A stretch of 64,000 nucleotides of DNA from the NCBI RefSeq assembly GCF_000150275.1, contig NW_002060947.1, forward strand, positions 1,787,740 to 1,851,739. The letters are read 5' to 3'. The notes under the pieces were generated by a model. That model ran no database searches, was not told the DNA's origin, and was given only the letters and a program-made list of their open reading frames with translations. Both the position numbers and the translations under genes were made by a program. Shown here piece by piece: positions 26,901 to 40,348 of the stretch. This DNA comes from Trichoplax adhaerens. Its lineage: Eukaryota > Animalia > Placozoa. The stretch's first letter is position 1, and the number at the start of each line of letters is the position of its first letter.

Positions 26901-29900
26901 TAAATCGTCGATAAATTCTTTAAATCAGTTTAAAGTTAAAGAAATTTGATTTTAAAAAAACGCAGATAAATTCACTCCTTCATTAATTTTGTGTTTAGTA
27001 ATGTGTTAAACAAACCTAGTAATATACATAATTATGAAAAACATAGCCAGAAGTAGGTTATATATCGATACCCGCCCTACTGCTGGCTAAAAATTTGATC
27101 AATATTAGTTTGATGACTTATGAAATAGAAATATATTACTTGCCTTGGCTTCTTTTTTATCTCTTCGTAATGTTAATATAATATTTCTACCGTCATCAAT
27201 CCAACCGAACTGTAGATCGTAGCAGTTCAAATCCTCCATAATGTTAGAATTTTTATCGATAAACTGGAGTTCTTCTTTAGTTTCAATGTTATATACTACC
27301 CATTTCCATGACTGCTGCTTATTAAGAAATTGCAACAACACATAATACTTTATAGTTCGTTACAAAATTTTAAAAGGCATATTATAACAAGAATAACATA
27401 GGCAATCTGCAAATTGACTTTGTTACTAAAATCTGTAATTTGCTAATTAAATATATAATACACATTATAGTTTGTCATAAATTTTACACGATTCTAGTAG
27501 AATTTCTTATATTGTTTAAGAATGAATAGCACAGTCTGTAATTATCTCTTAATGTTATCTTAATGGCTTACCTCGCATTCATACCGATAAGCAATAATAG
27601 TACCGTCGATAGAAATTCGAAGGGCATAAACATCTTGCTTTAGTGGAGTTAGTTTAAATAAGACCTGCGAAGTTTCATAATTTTTGCCCTAATTGGATTG
27701 AAGTAAATGCATAAGATATAAAATTAATTGAGAACTGCTGTTATGGATATAATCATCATTAATTATCAGAGTAGCGCCTACTTTTTATCTGTCATATAAG
27801 ATAAAGGGTACATTATAAAATGAACAAATTTCATTATCATATCGATTTATTTTATAGAAGTATTTCAGCATTATATTAGAAAAGGGATAAAAATCATAAA
27901 TAGTAATGTATTTTATTGTTAGAGTTTGTACCTACTTTACATTCATAATGAAAATGAAAGTAAGATTAGAGAGGTATCAGACACTATTAATGCTGTTAAC
28001 TTCATCATTTAGAATTTATTTTTTAGTCATCTTAGGGTTATTAATTAAAAATGCAAATTGATGCTGAAAAAGTGACAAAATATGCAATTTTTACTAAATC
28101 ATAAATTAAACGTAGATACAGCTATAAAATTATTTCTATTACTATGATTATATCCGATAGAAATGACTACAACACTGACTTTAGTAATTTTCTTCTGTTA
28201 ATTTATGATTTGGTAAAAATTATGTATTGTTCCAAGAATTAAATATATTATGTTATAGAGAATAGTATAAGATAAAATAGCAATCTTCATAAATGCTATC
28301 ATGTGAACTAGGTTTACGTTCATAGCAGTATCTATTCGACTTGGATATTAATGGAATGCTTAAGATTTCTAGTTAGCATACATGTAAGGCAGTCTTACCA
28401 CGATTTGACAGTCGTTTCGTCCATTATTGTTAGTACCAATTATTAACAAATTTCCTAATGATGAAATGCAACATCTTATGCTTCGATCGTTATACATTGC
28501 ACCGATTTTTTTTGATGCTATCCAAGCGTTTTCTGCATTCTGAATATCCGGGTACCTAGCAACATTGTTTACAGTTTTATCTTTAACACTAGGATACGCA
28601 GCAATTTCGTAGGATTAGCAATTTATGATATTAATTTCTTATTCACTTACACATTTATCATCCAATAGTAGCTTTTTCGATTTTTTGTATTATTCGCTGC
28701 AAAGTGAATTGCTTTTTCAGTAATCCAGTGATTTTTTTTACCGAACATTAACAGAAATTGTACTAAGTCGCCAGTACTTCCATCCAAAAATGACTCGTAT
28801 TGATTAAACAGATGCAATAATTCATCAAATTTTTGCCAGTCCTAAACAAATACAATTATTAGAGCAGTAAATTAGTTTGCTAATTATCAGATTTCGATAT
28901 ATTCTTTGTTTTGATTAAATGCAATTTAAAGTAAATTAATTCGAATTTTTTATGTTAATCTGTTGTTGTAAATACTTCAGCTTACTGCAACCTATCGAAA
29001 TATTATTTTGAACAAGGCGAAGAAATATCGAAATATTGCACTGATAACTATGAGTTAATAAGTTAAAATTTCAAGATTGATAAATCGATCACAGGCTACA
29101 AGCTGATGTTACTACTATTGTATGCCGAAGCCTAGATGGCAGCATAGGAAATAAAACTGTTAAAATGGGTATCTAGTTATTATATGCCTTGAATGACTTT
29201 GCATATTTTGCTCAAAGAGTAACAATATAATTGCACATATTGAGCTACAAGACTTGTTAAGGTACTTATATGAAGCTACGTAGATGAAGAAAACGTATAA
29301 ATGTGCTGCTATGCTATCCGCAAGCTACAAGTAGTACACTGTAGGATTAAGGATAAACTGTAAATGACCTTTCCAATTTTCTGCAAATATTGAATACAGT
29401 TTATCAAGTCCAAGCGTAGGTCATACAATCCGTTGTGCGCTTCTATTTTAGCTGACATCCAATTAAAATCAGTCATGATACTTTCTAAAGCTATATCATT
29501 TTCAGCTTGTATAACATGGTATATAAGATACTGGTAGTAGTAATAATCATTAGGAAAAGACGACCAGTCGCGACCTTCTCTTTCACACCCCTTTAAATAA
29601 CCATTAACTAAAGTTTGATGCATCCATTTCCAATGATCTGAAGGTGATTGATGCTCACAAGGTAGTTGCTGCAGATAATCGATGATCAGGTCATGAAGAA
29701 CTAAATAGCACCTGTATAAGTTAGACAATTATTGTAATATAATTAATTTTTTTTTGCATTTTCAAATGGTGAATAATCGCTTGATTATTTAGAAATAATA
29801 TAAAATAAGGATTGGAAATATAAATTTAAAAATTCGCTATAAAATGGGTTTTAGTGCGGCTTGTAGAGATAAACGAGGAGAAAGTAAACACATGTAAGCA

Positions 29901-32900
29901 CGCTGTATAATGAAATTCCAAGTTTAACGTACTTTACCTGCTCTCGTCGAATTTTAACAACGATCTTGCATTTAAATTTTTCAAGCATAATTCAGCATAA
30001 TGCTTGTCCTCATTCCATAGAGCCATAATTGATGTTTTTGGAATTTGAACGCGCTTAAATACGCTAAGTAATTGAAATAGTACTCGCTCTTTATGGTCTA
30101 AGTGATTAATACTTAAATCAAATGCTGTGTATAAGTTGAAATTATATTCTCGTTGTGTATCAATCATATCTCTCCTCTCGATGGTGTTGACAGCATTTTC
30201 CCAGTCGTTACTGGTCTTACAATTCAGGCCACCTATTAAAGATATGGCTAATGGTAAGCCTGCACATTTATTAATAGCTTGCAAGACTAATTGACGATGC
30301 TGGCTTAATTTTTCCTCAGAGTAATATTTTGCCAATATTTGCATTGCCTCACCCTCTGAAAGTAATTCCTAGATGAGAATGAAAAAAATAACGTTCAATT
30401 TCTTCAATGTAATAATATACAATTCTGAATATCTGCAGCTTTATATTTAATTACCTGGAAATAGTAATATAGATTATTATGAAGCTTAAGGTCGTAAATA
30501 AGTAAATAAATATACGTATGATTAAGCTTTATATTTGACTAGTGCAATATTTCGATTGTAAATTCGGTATCGTAGAGATTTTCTAATTACAAGTCACTTA
30601 GGTACACGTTTAGTAACCAAGAATATAATCAGGATCCAACGTCATAAATACAGGTATGTACTTGTGAACCAAAAGTCAAAAGCGTGAAAATATTGAATCA
30701 ATTTGGTTCTACGTGATAAACAACTTGTTGTAATCGGACTTATATATTAATGTAAACTTTTACAAAGTATATAAATATATAGATTAATTTTAAACTTTGA
30801 TATCGTATAACAGAATCTGTATTTTAAGGTTTTAAAATCATTATGATGGTGCTATAATTTTAGAAACAGGATGATTAAGTAGTGTTTACATCATTCTTGA
30901 TCGCAATAGTGATTATATTAAATATGGTTACTCTGTAGTTATTTACTATCATTTGCAGAACTAATACGCTATTAAATACAACCTTTCATTTGCTGTGATG
31001 CTTTTAAGTTGAAATTGCTTAGAAAGTTTGAACTAAAAATACTTATTCAATTCGGATTTGTTCTCAAAATCTTAAACCCAGAGTAGTAATTTTAAGATAT
31101 AAAAATAGATAATAGCTACTAAAGACCACAGTTACGTCAAAATTAATAGATTCTGTAAATATCTGATAGCTTAGGCAAAGCAAAGCGCTTATTGTACAAT
31201 TTATAGTTTGATGAAGTAATTTTGAAACTAACTTGGCTTACTTGTATTTAAATTTATATTATTATATTCTTAATGTCTTTGTTAATAACTATAACTAACC
31301 GATAATTGAATATAATGTTGGCTGTCAGTAGGCTTGTTTCTAAAATGATTGAATCGAGAAGTACTGATTGTATTTTTAGCAAATTTAAGCTTATCAAAGT
31401 GGTGCTTGCTTGCAACGTCGTCAAAGATGAATAAAGTTTTCTTCATATTTTTATCGCCTAAAATGGAAAAAACCAATCAATTATTAAGCTAAGCTGGTCT
31501 GTTAATGTTGTTTTTCTTAAGGTTATAAGTGTAGCTAGATTAATTAAGTATTATTACAGTTTATCCTAATACCAAGACTACTTCTACTTTAGTACGTAAT
31601 AACCTTCTAGGTATGCTTGAAGGCAAGCCACCATTTCATCCACTTTATCAGGGAGTTGGCAGATATTCTGAATATTTTTTGTTATTTGTATGTAAAGGCT
31701 CCTTAATTTGGTGACAAATTCATCTTCCCTTATATTGCCTAAATTAAGATAATCGATATTATTTTTCATATTTAGCTTCTATAATTATAATTCATTTAAA
31801 CACTAGGTAAATCCTTATCTCTTAATCATTTGGATTTTGGGTAATAAGATGTTTTAGAAGGTATCTTAGTAATCTCATATCAATAATTTGGCGTGCTATA
31901 AATATTTAGTAGTTTACTGTAGATGTAGTAATAGAATATCGGAATTTAGTAGCAAAAATAATTTATCGACCTATTTTTATCCAATAAACGCCTCCAGAGC
32001 GAAAGAGACCATAATTGTAGATGGCTAATCGAACAGATTGACTGGCTATAACAGTCTTACCACTTCCAGCCATGCCATGAATTAAAATATGACCACCTAA
32101 TTCATTACTATCAATCCTTTTCAGATAGTCAATTATTTTTTGAATATAGCTTTGTCGTTCGATATAATATGCACTGGGAGTTTCTGGTACGTTTCGTAAT
32201 AAATTATGTCGCGATAATTGGCTTGATCCTGAATATGAATTTTAAATAATTTACGAAAAAATTACTTTGCGTTTATGTTTTTCTGAAAATTTAAATCTAC
32301 TTAAGTTATGTAAAGTATTAATATTTTAATTAGCTAAGGTCTAAAGTGGTCAAGCTTGTAAAAGTATAAGTAAAATTAATAGTTATTTTATTTAGAAACA
32401 ATTCCATGTGTGGTACTATAGAGATTCCTAAAGTCCACATAATTCAATAACATTATAAGGATGCATCCAAGAAATGATCATGATAGAACTGACCAGACGA
32501 AGCCGGCCTGTTATTGGTATTGGTCTGCCTAATGGTTCCTGTAAAAATCAGCCATTAAATGTAGAACTATAAATGGAAAATACTTACGTGCACATATATT
32601 GAAGAATTCGAAATTAAAAAGCACTGTTTCGTGGTAGTGCTTTTGAAAGATGTTAAGTATGAAAATGATTTAATTTAAAATTAAAATGTAACACAAGTAG
32701 GTTATTGAAATATTGCTTTTCATTTTCTTACCTTTAGAATTAAAGTTTGGTATAATTATAGTTACTGCAGTATGTTGCTATATCTAATAATTTACTATTA
32801 ATTGACCTTATTAGATGAGAGCTTTACTGAGTATACCGATTGAGAGTAGAATTTAATTATTGACATTTGCTTAAAATTTTAACGGCAGGTTAGAGAAATT

Positions 32901-33703
32901 GTATACCTAGGAATTTTTGCTAAATAGTATTATTTTAAATACGTTTCTTTAAGGAGGCCTTGCTTAATTTTTAGAGAATTACATTTTTACTAAATTAAAT
33001 GGATGGAATATTCTGCACAGCTGATTTAATTCTGAACAATTTTTAGCTTTAGGCTAAGTAAATTGAATATCTGATAATGGTGACGATAAATTTATTGATC
33101 TGATATTTGCTGTGGCAGCTTTATCTATCTCAAAATACTACAGACTTTACTAAATTGGGTGTGAAAAATATTTTCAATTATTAATTTCATTAGCTTTAAT
33201 GTATTGTAAATTGCATAATTATTAAGGTAATAAATTAAATTTATTGATGTAACGCTAGCTATGACTTACTGTAATATTAAATAAAATGTAAGATTAATAT
33301 CTTACTTATTTTATCAGCAATATCTTTTCTTTGAATGCTATCGAGAGCTTCCACAAGTATGTCGAAAGTTGCATTACTTGAGTGAGCTTGATTCCAGCGA
33401 TTTAAAACTGCCCTTGCTCTATCGATAGCTCTATGGTAGTCTTCAGCAATTGCATCTATATCGATACTAGGGTCTAATTTCCAAGACAATCTTCTCCAAT
33501 CAGTTCCAATTTTTTCGCAAATCTCTGAAAAATATTCATACGGCGGATCTACAATATGTAAGTATTTTCAACCCAATTTTAAAATTACTGATCAGAGAAA
33601 GTTTGTCATGAAAAGTAATAGACATTAGTTTAAGTAAACTGCTTATTTATAAGCTTAGTAAAACTTTACATTTTTTACCTTCTTGATTTGTTTCAGTATT
33701 CAT
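23930..33703 (-). CDS. APAF-1-like STAND NTPase: Death domain + NB-ARC + APAF-1 helical domain + divergent WD40-like repeats, ~20 exons
   Basis: Death domain: KIGTDWRRLSWKL...RARAVLNRWNQAHSSNATFDILVEALDSIQRKDIADKI. P-loop: ILIHGMAGSGKTVIA..GGVYWIKIG. Walker B: LFIFDDV. Sensor 1: STSR. Also KCAGLPLAISLIG, VLHDLIIDYL and YYYQYLIYHV..IMTDFNWMSAK. All exons checked are open and phase-consistent. Confidence 0.92.
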
Positions 33704-34234
33704 GTCGTCACTTTGATTGAAAGCTATTATGATTCTTGAAGTTGATCCCAAGGCCTTAGTTGGTAATATTTTTAAGATGTTCTATTTATATATAAATACA
33801 CGTAGAATTCACGATCAAATTTTAAGGTACTTTGCAATAGGAAGTGATTCTCGATCGAGAAAATTCAAGGTAAAATTAGGAAATTATTAATTCTTTCCTA
33901 AATAAATGACCCTAATATTGTTTGGTTTATTCGAAATTTTGTCATAATTATTGCATATTATTAACATAGAATATATTTGCTACCATAATCAAAGTGTGAA
34001 TAGAGTTTAAATCTGATGAATGTTTGCAGGAATATTAAATAAAATAGTAAATTTAGTGTTGGTAAGGTACAGTTGGGCATTTAAGACGGGCTATTTGCAT
34101 GTTATATTTGATTATTAGCATTAAAAATAGCTCAAGACACATGTAAAATATCTTAAACTAGTAAAATTAAATAGAAAAGTAATAGAACCATAACGTAATA
34201 TCATCAGTAGATCATTTCGTAAGAGAAATGGCTA

Positions 34235-34920
34235 GAAATTCTGTCCATGCACAACAATTTGTTGCATAAGTTCATAAGCATTTAAGCTGCATTTATGCTA
34301 GTGCTTGACAATCAATCAGACTGAAATTGACAATGGATGTGAGTTTCATAAATTTGTAAAAGCATCAGTTGGAAATTCTGTGTGCACACAAGAATTGTTA
34401 CATAAATTCATAAGCATTTAAGCAGTGCTTATGCTAGTGAATCACCAATCAATGGAACTAAAATTGTAGATGGTTGATAGTTTCGAAAGAGACTGTCCAA
34501 TATTGATCTGATCAATGTAAAAGTAAAAATTCTCATAAAATAAATGGATACTTACACTAATAATGAAGCATCAGCTCGTTATATAAATTTGAAGGCATTT
34601 AAGTAGCATTTATGCCAATACATTACCAATTAGTGGAAGTAGAATAATAGATAGTTTCCAATTTCGAAAAAAGAAATATATTGATCTGGTCGATGAAAAG
34701 CAAGATTTCTCCTAAGATAAATAGGCATTTTTGCTAATGATAGTATATTGGTTCTTTACATAAATTCATAGGCATTTAAGCAGCAATCATGCAAATATAT
34801 TACCAATTAATTGAACTAGAATTGCAGATGGTTGCTAGTTTCAAAAGGATCGACCAATATTGATCTACACGATGTAAAAGCAAATTTCTCATAGGATAAA
34901 CGGGCACTTATGCTAGTGCT
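34235..34920. repeat. Degenerate tandem array, ~180-bp unit (first unit ~137 bp), ~4 copies
   Basis: The ataa(a/g)ttcataagcatttaag-like core occurs at ~34267, 34402, 34583 and 34760. atattgatct occurs at ~34500, 34678 and 34857. Confidence 0.85.
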
Positions 34921-35284
34921 AAAACCTTTGCTCGAACTATTGTTCGACGGTTCCGGAATAGTGATTCAGGCTAATGAAGTTTATTCGATTCAATACTTGT
35001 TAACATCGCTTTCGCTGTTCGGTTGCGAGATTTTTATGGTCTTTATTTGACGATAGATAATCTGTGGTGTAATTATGCACGTAACTTAAACTGTTTTTCA
35101 TCTTGTTACTGATTTAAATTAAACATGGTCTAACCCTATAGACAACTAGAATATGATATTTTTATTTTTATAAGTATATAGAAATTGAGACAGCTTGTGG
35201 AATAGCAATTGTAAATAGAATTAGGACTAGGAGCGATATTATTACTGTGCTTCGAAACTTTTTATATGTTTACTAATATTATGT

Positions 35285-35995
35285 TTCAATTTTTAGAGAA
35301 ATTAAGTAGACGATCATCTTTTGAAAGCCTTGAAGGGAATATATCCGGTCAAATTTAGAGAAATCTTACTTCAGTTTGTATAATGCTTGGCAGAAACCAA
35401 TCGATTTTGTTAGATTATTACTCGTTTTAGTTGCTTTCGGTGTTCAGTTGTGGTGTTTACACAATTTTTGTCTTGACGATGGGTGATCCCCGATGCAATT
35501 ATGCAAGCAGATCGTTTTTTCTATATTGATACGTGATATTTATAGTTTGTATTATAGCTTAATAGTAAAAAAAGCGTATTTAGCTTATTTTTAAGCAAAA
35601 AGGAAATTCTGGCCATCAATGCTGGACTATGAGCGTTATTATTGTAGTGTAAACTATTACAAGGTCAATGAATTAACAAGAACTTTTTTATAAGCGAATT
35701 GTTTAAATTTTAGAGAAAACGAAATGGATAATCATTTTCTATAGTTTAGAATAAATTGATCAAATGCAATTAGATTTGAAATAATTTGACATCAGTTTGC
35801 GTAATGCTCGATGATCGTTAAGAAATCTAATAAGAACTTTTTATTTGTCAATTGTTTAAATTTTGGTAAAAACTAAATGGATAATCAACAAATAGATAAT
35901 TAATACTCCATATTCTTGAATAGGTTGATCAATTGAAATCAGATTGAAAATAATTTACATCAGTTAACGTAATACTTGATAATCGTTGAGAAATG
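35285..35995. repeat. Dispersed/tandem degenerate repeat, 3 copies
   Basis: A motif like aattttagagaaa..aaatggataatca..catcagttt.cgtaatgct.gat.atcgtt occurs at ~35290, ~35705 and ~35858. Confidence 0.7.
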
Positions 35996-37379
35996 GAGTT
36001 ATGTACTTTGATTGGATAGTCGATTGGCAGCGTATTTGTAGTACAGAAGTTCGGATTTAGATATGCAGTAATGTGCCCCGCATTTGATTATATGAATAGC
36101 TGTATTTGATTGTGTTAATAGCTATATTTTGATATAGATAGATTACTAAGAATAGATATTATCGTGAAGCTAATATTAGATGATTGATAGCTACTATATT
36201 GGAAATTGTTGATGACTAATATTAGCCAGTTGATTAATTATGGTACAAGATTTATGTGACTAGAAATATTGTAATTGTGAAGAAGCCCAACACTGAAAGG
36301 CGCTGGACATTAATAGAAAAGTATTGATATCTTAAGTAGAGTGATTCGAATTGTAGAAGATAATGATGTTCTATTTGAGGAAAACTATTCTGTTTGATGA
36401 CTCAAGTCTGATTGTAGTTAATTAAATTGTCATAAATGGATTTTACGAAATGTATTTAAGAACCATGGAGATAAGCTCACGTAAAGATGAAGAAATTTCA
36501 CTTCTCTATGAGCTCGAAATACTTTAGATTTTAAACTAGATTCTTGTAGTAATTAATTATTGCTATAATATTCCTGAAACCTTGTAATAAAAAGCCTTTT
36601 AGAAAATATCAATTGACTAAGACAGTTCTTGTGAGACACTTGTAATACAAGACGATAGAGTTGAGGACACAAAATTTAGCTTGATTAGTTTGAAATTTAA
36701 AGTATTGTCGTCTGCCAAGTCTCAAACTTAAAGTATCAACTATAAAATAGATCGCGAAGCTTTGCGCTAACAATAGGAAGTTTTCCTTCCCTCTTTACTC
36801 TCATTAATTTTGATGTACGAGTAGTATCTAGCTGAGTATTTTCCGTGCGAAATTAGATAGAAGTAGGCGATCTAATGACCATTATTTGACTATAAATTCG
36901 GGAAGATGTAGACTCATAAATAAAGATTAAATAGAAGAAAAGAGACAAATTTTCAAGGCTAGCATTCTTAGTATAGAGAATATAGGGAAGGGAAGTAGTC
37001 CTTTCTGATAAAAATCGATATCTTTATCGCGTTATTAAATTAGATAGGCAATTGTATACGGTAAGTATTTCTGACCTGTAACTTTTCTAGTCTATGTTTA
37101 CTACGGTATAGATTTCATGTTAATTTCGGTCTGCTGTCTTTGATGAATAACTACTGATTAAAGATGATTACTGTAGTTTATTTTATTGAGAAGTAATGAT
37201 GATAATTACTGCGTGACTATTAAAATCGTACATCGGTGTTATTCGTTTTATTTCTTTTGATATTACTTTAGCTAATATCAATAGCATTTATCTCAAGATT
37301 TGGTTAATTGCAAGTAATTTATGAACATTTTTATCTCGAAAAGTTGCAATGGATGACAATGATATTATTATGAGGCTAT

Positions 37380-37880
37380 TTTGAGTTTGACGTCGCTGAT
37401 GTTGCTACTGTAAATATCAACCGTGCCTAGCCTCAAACAAGTTAATTACTAATAATTTAATCATATTTTTTGTCAAAAATTAGATTTGATGTCCGTAATA
37501 TTGTTAGTCTAACCGTAACCCGATATAAGCTAATTTCAATAATCTAATCAAACTTCTTGTCAGAAAACTGAAGTTTGATGTCGCTGATATTGCTACCACT
37601 AATATCAGCGTAGCCCTAACCTAAAAAGAGCTAACTGCTAGTATCTTAATTACATTTCTTGTAAGAAAATTGGAGTTTGATGTCCATGATATTGCTGCCG
37701 TTGATATCGGCTGTGTCTAGCCCCCAAAAAGCTAATAACCTGTAATTTAATCATATTTCTAGTGAGAAAACTAGAGTTTGATGCCAATGATATTGCTACC
37801 ATTAATATCAACCGTGCCTAGTCCAAAGTAAGCTAATTACCAGTAATTTAATCAATGCATTTCCACGTAAGAAAATTGAT
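37380..37880. repeat. Degenerate tandem array, ~90-100-bp unit, 5 copies
   Basis: A motif like gagtttgatgtc..tgatattgct...aatatcaaccgtgcctag...agctaa.tac...taatttaatca occurs at ~37383, 37482, 37571, 37673 and 37774. Confidence 0.9.
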
Positions 37881-40224
37881 CTTCAGAAATGAGTATTGGT
37901 GGTGAATCATTCATTATTGGAAGACTATTTCAACTTTGATTTTAGTCTTAATACTTTTGATATTACTTATCGTTCCGAATATTTAACGTGAGCTGTATCC
38001 ATCCTATGACTGTACTAAAAAGAAGCATTTATTACTATCTATCGAACTACTCCGTTCGTTTATTGCCTTGGCAATCTTAGCAGATTACAATCAGCAATCC
38101 AATTACAGCAGTAGATTTAATTGAGGCAGCTAAGTATTGAAGCAAATTTCAGCCTAATTTCCTTTAATATTACACGCAATATGACTATCAGATCTACTTT
38201 AGAATCGATTCGATTATTGATAGAGACATGGTCTACCTTAGGATAAGTTTAGTAAGTGCTTGGATCGCGATCGAACTTAGGATTAGTGATTTGCTTCAAA
38301 GCAACGGGATGCTACAATTTATCCAATATCGTTACAAATTGATTGGGTTCTTATTTCAAGTTTGGCCAGTGACTACGTCGATCCCCCCCCTAATATCAAG
38401 GTTATTATTTCAAGCAACTGCTGCTGTCATTTATATAATAACACGGTTAGTGGTGATTAAAATCCGATTTTAATTAGATATGCTTATACACATAATGACA
38501 TCCGCTAGGTTTACTTGGGCATAAAACTAACTAGAGGCAGTGTTTGTATTGCTGTTATTAAAAAATTGAAATTCAGCCTCTCCTCATGTTAATTCCACGA
38601 GTATATATATAGCACGTATGAACAACAAACATATCCGAGATGAAAATTATCGCTGACGAAAAACTATTTTGTTGTCTTTAGTCTTTGAAGGGGAAAAATA
38701 CAGCAATAGGTAGTAAACGAACAATCGAATACCTACACTACGATTAAAAGTTTAGCCCTCTTTAACAATGTCGTACCTTAAAAAATGGTTGAAAGTGGTA
38801 ATCAGAACAGACGATTTGACGCAGGGAACTGGATGAGGTAACCACGATGTAAGGAGAAAAATGACCAGCGTTAGTTTAATTAAAGGGCTAGCTAAATAGA
38901 TTATTGCTACGAAAGTACAGTCTATCCATCATTTAAATAAAGTGGAGGGTTAAAGACCCCCAAAGGTTCATCGAGCTAGAATAATATGACCAGCGTATGA
39001 CTTTGAACGATTGATTTTCTTTTGTCAATTTACCGGTAAGTTTAAATACTGTTATTCAGAGTGGCGTTGTACAACTTGTTCTATTTGAAAGGCTAAAAAT
39101 ACTTCACAGCAAGAGACAATCAGCAGCGATATCAAGCATGCATCCTTAATGGATTATTAGTGATATACAGTATTTATTCATCAGATTGTAGAGTTTCAAT
39201 CATCTCTACAAGTTGTTATTATGATGAAATAGTAAGTCTGTGTCGTATATTGTACCCTTGGTGGGTTTGTTCTTGTTCTTATTATCCCAGACGAGCATCT
39301 CGTTGCATGCTGTAGTGCATTAACTTTCTATTTCAAGCTATACCCATAAAAGCACTAATATGAATCCTGCTATGAAGTCATCATTCTCTAAATATTTATT
39401 ACGACCGCCATTGTTGTAATTATCCTTTATAGTCTTGAGAGCATGTTGGCAAAATAGAATTGCAATCATGCTTGTTTCTATAGTTGCACCTACAGTACAG
39501 CGCGATTAACTTCGATGGCACTAAGGAAAATAAACTGTGCAGGCTAAATCAAGCCCAAAGTCGATAAAATCTTATATGCTTGCTCGTATAGATTTTGAAT
39601 AGGAGTGTTAACAAATTCGCGTTGTAGTCTATGATTAAGCCATATTAATGTAGGTATCTATCATTTGCATCTTATAGTAGCATCTCTTGGCGGCCGAATA
39701 GGTAAACTAATAAAACATCGGGTGATGACTGAAAGAAAGCTTGAGTCTATAAATTCTGGTTGCATATGCCTTGTTGAGCTAAGTAAGAGTAACATAATCA
39801 ATGCTGTCGTTGAGATGAAATACATAGTGTACTACTATGAAATGAGATTTAAAAATGGTCAATCAATCACTCTATGGCTATCACTTGGATTGAATCGGCA
39901 TCAACATGTGATCGATGGCTAAAACCTCAGCCGTTGATTGGAAAAAGTTAGAATCCACAAACTTTTCTTATAATTCTAAGCCAGGCTAAACGCATCAGTC
40001 TATTAATTGAAACTACGTCCTGCATAATGGCAATGACCTAAACGATAGAAATTCTAGCGTTTTGAATAATATAGAAAGTTTTCAATCCGTTAGCCTATTT
40101 CTGCCATGTCAGCAATATTCGTATCGGCATATGATTTTTATGGCTGACATGACTTCATTATATCTATTTATACAGTATATGATAGGTAATCTATTTCTAT
40201 GCTAGGCCAAGTTTACTGAGCTAA

Positions 40225-40348
40225 TAATTTTACAAAGTAATAGGCAAATTACTTTATAAAAGCCAATAAATCATAATTAATTTTATAAAATAACCAAAAT
40301 CGGTAGTTAATTTATAAAGTAAACCAGGATAATTCTACAAAGTTACCA
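40225..40348. repeat. AT-rich minisatellite, ~23-30-bp unit, 5 copies
   Basis: Successive cores aattttacaaagtaa, actttataaaagcc, attttataaaataacc, aatttataaagtaaacc and aattctacaaagttacc. Confidence 0.6.

Noticed and set aside
37380-37880. CRISPR-like regular spacing
   Set aside because: Whole units are similar with no unique spacers, the repeats are degenerate, there are no cas genes, and the context is eukaryotic.
38785-38840. Possible first exon MVESGNQNRRFDAGNWMR|gtaacc
   Set aside because: No convincing downstream exon or homology was found.
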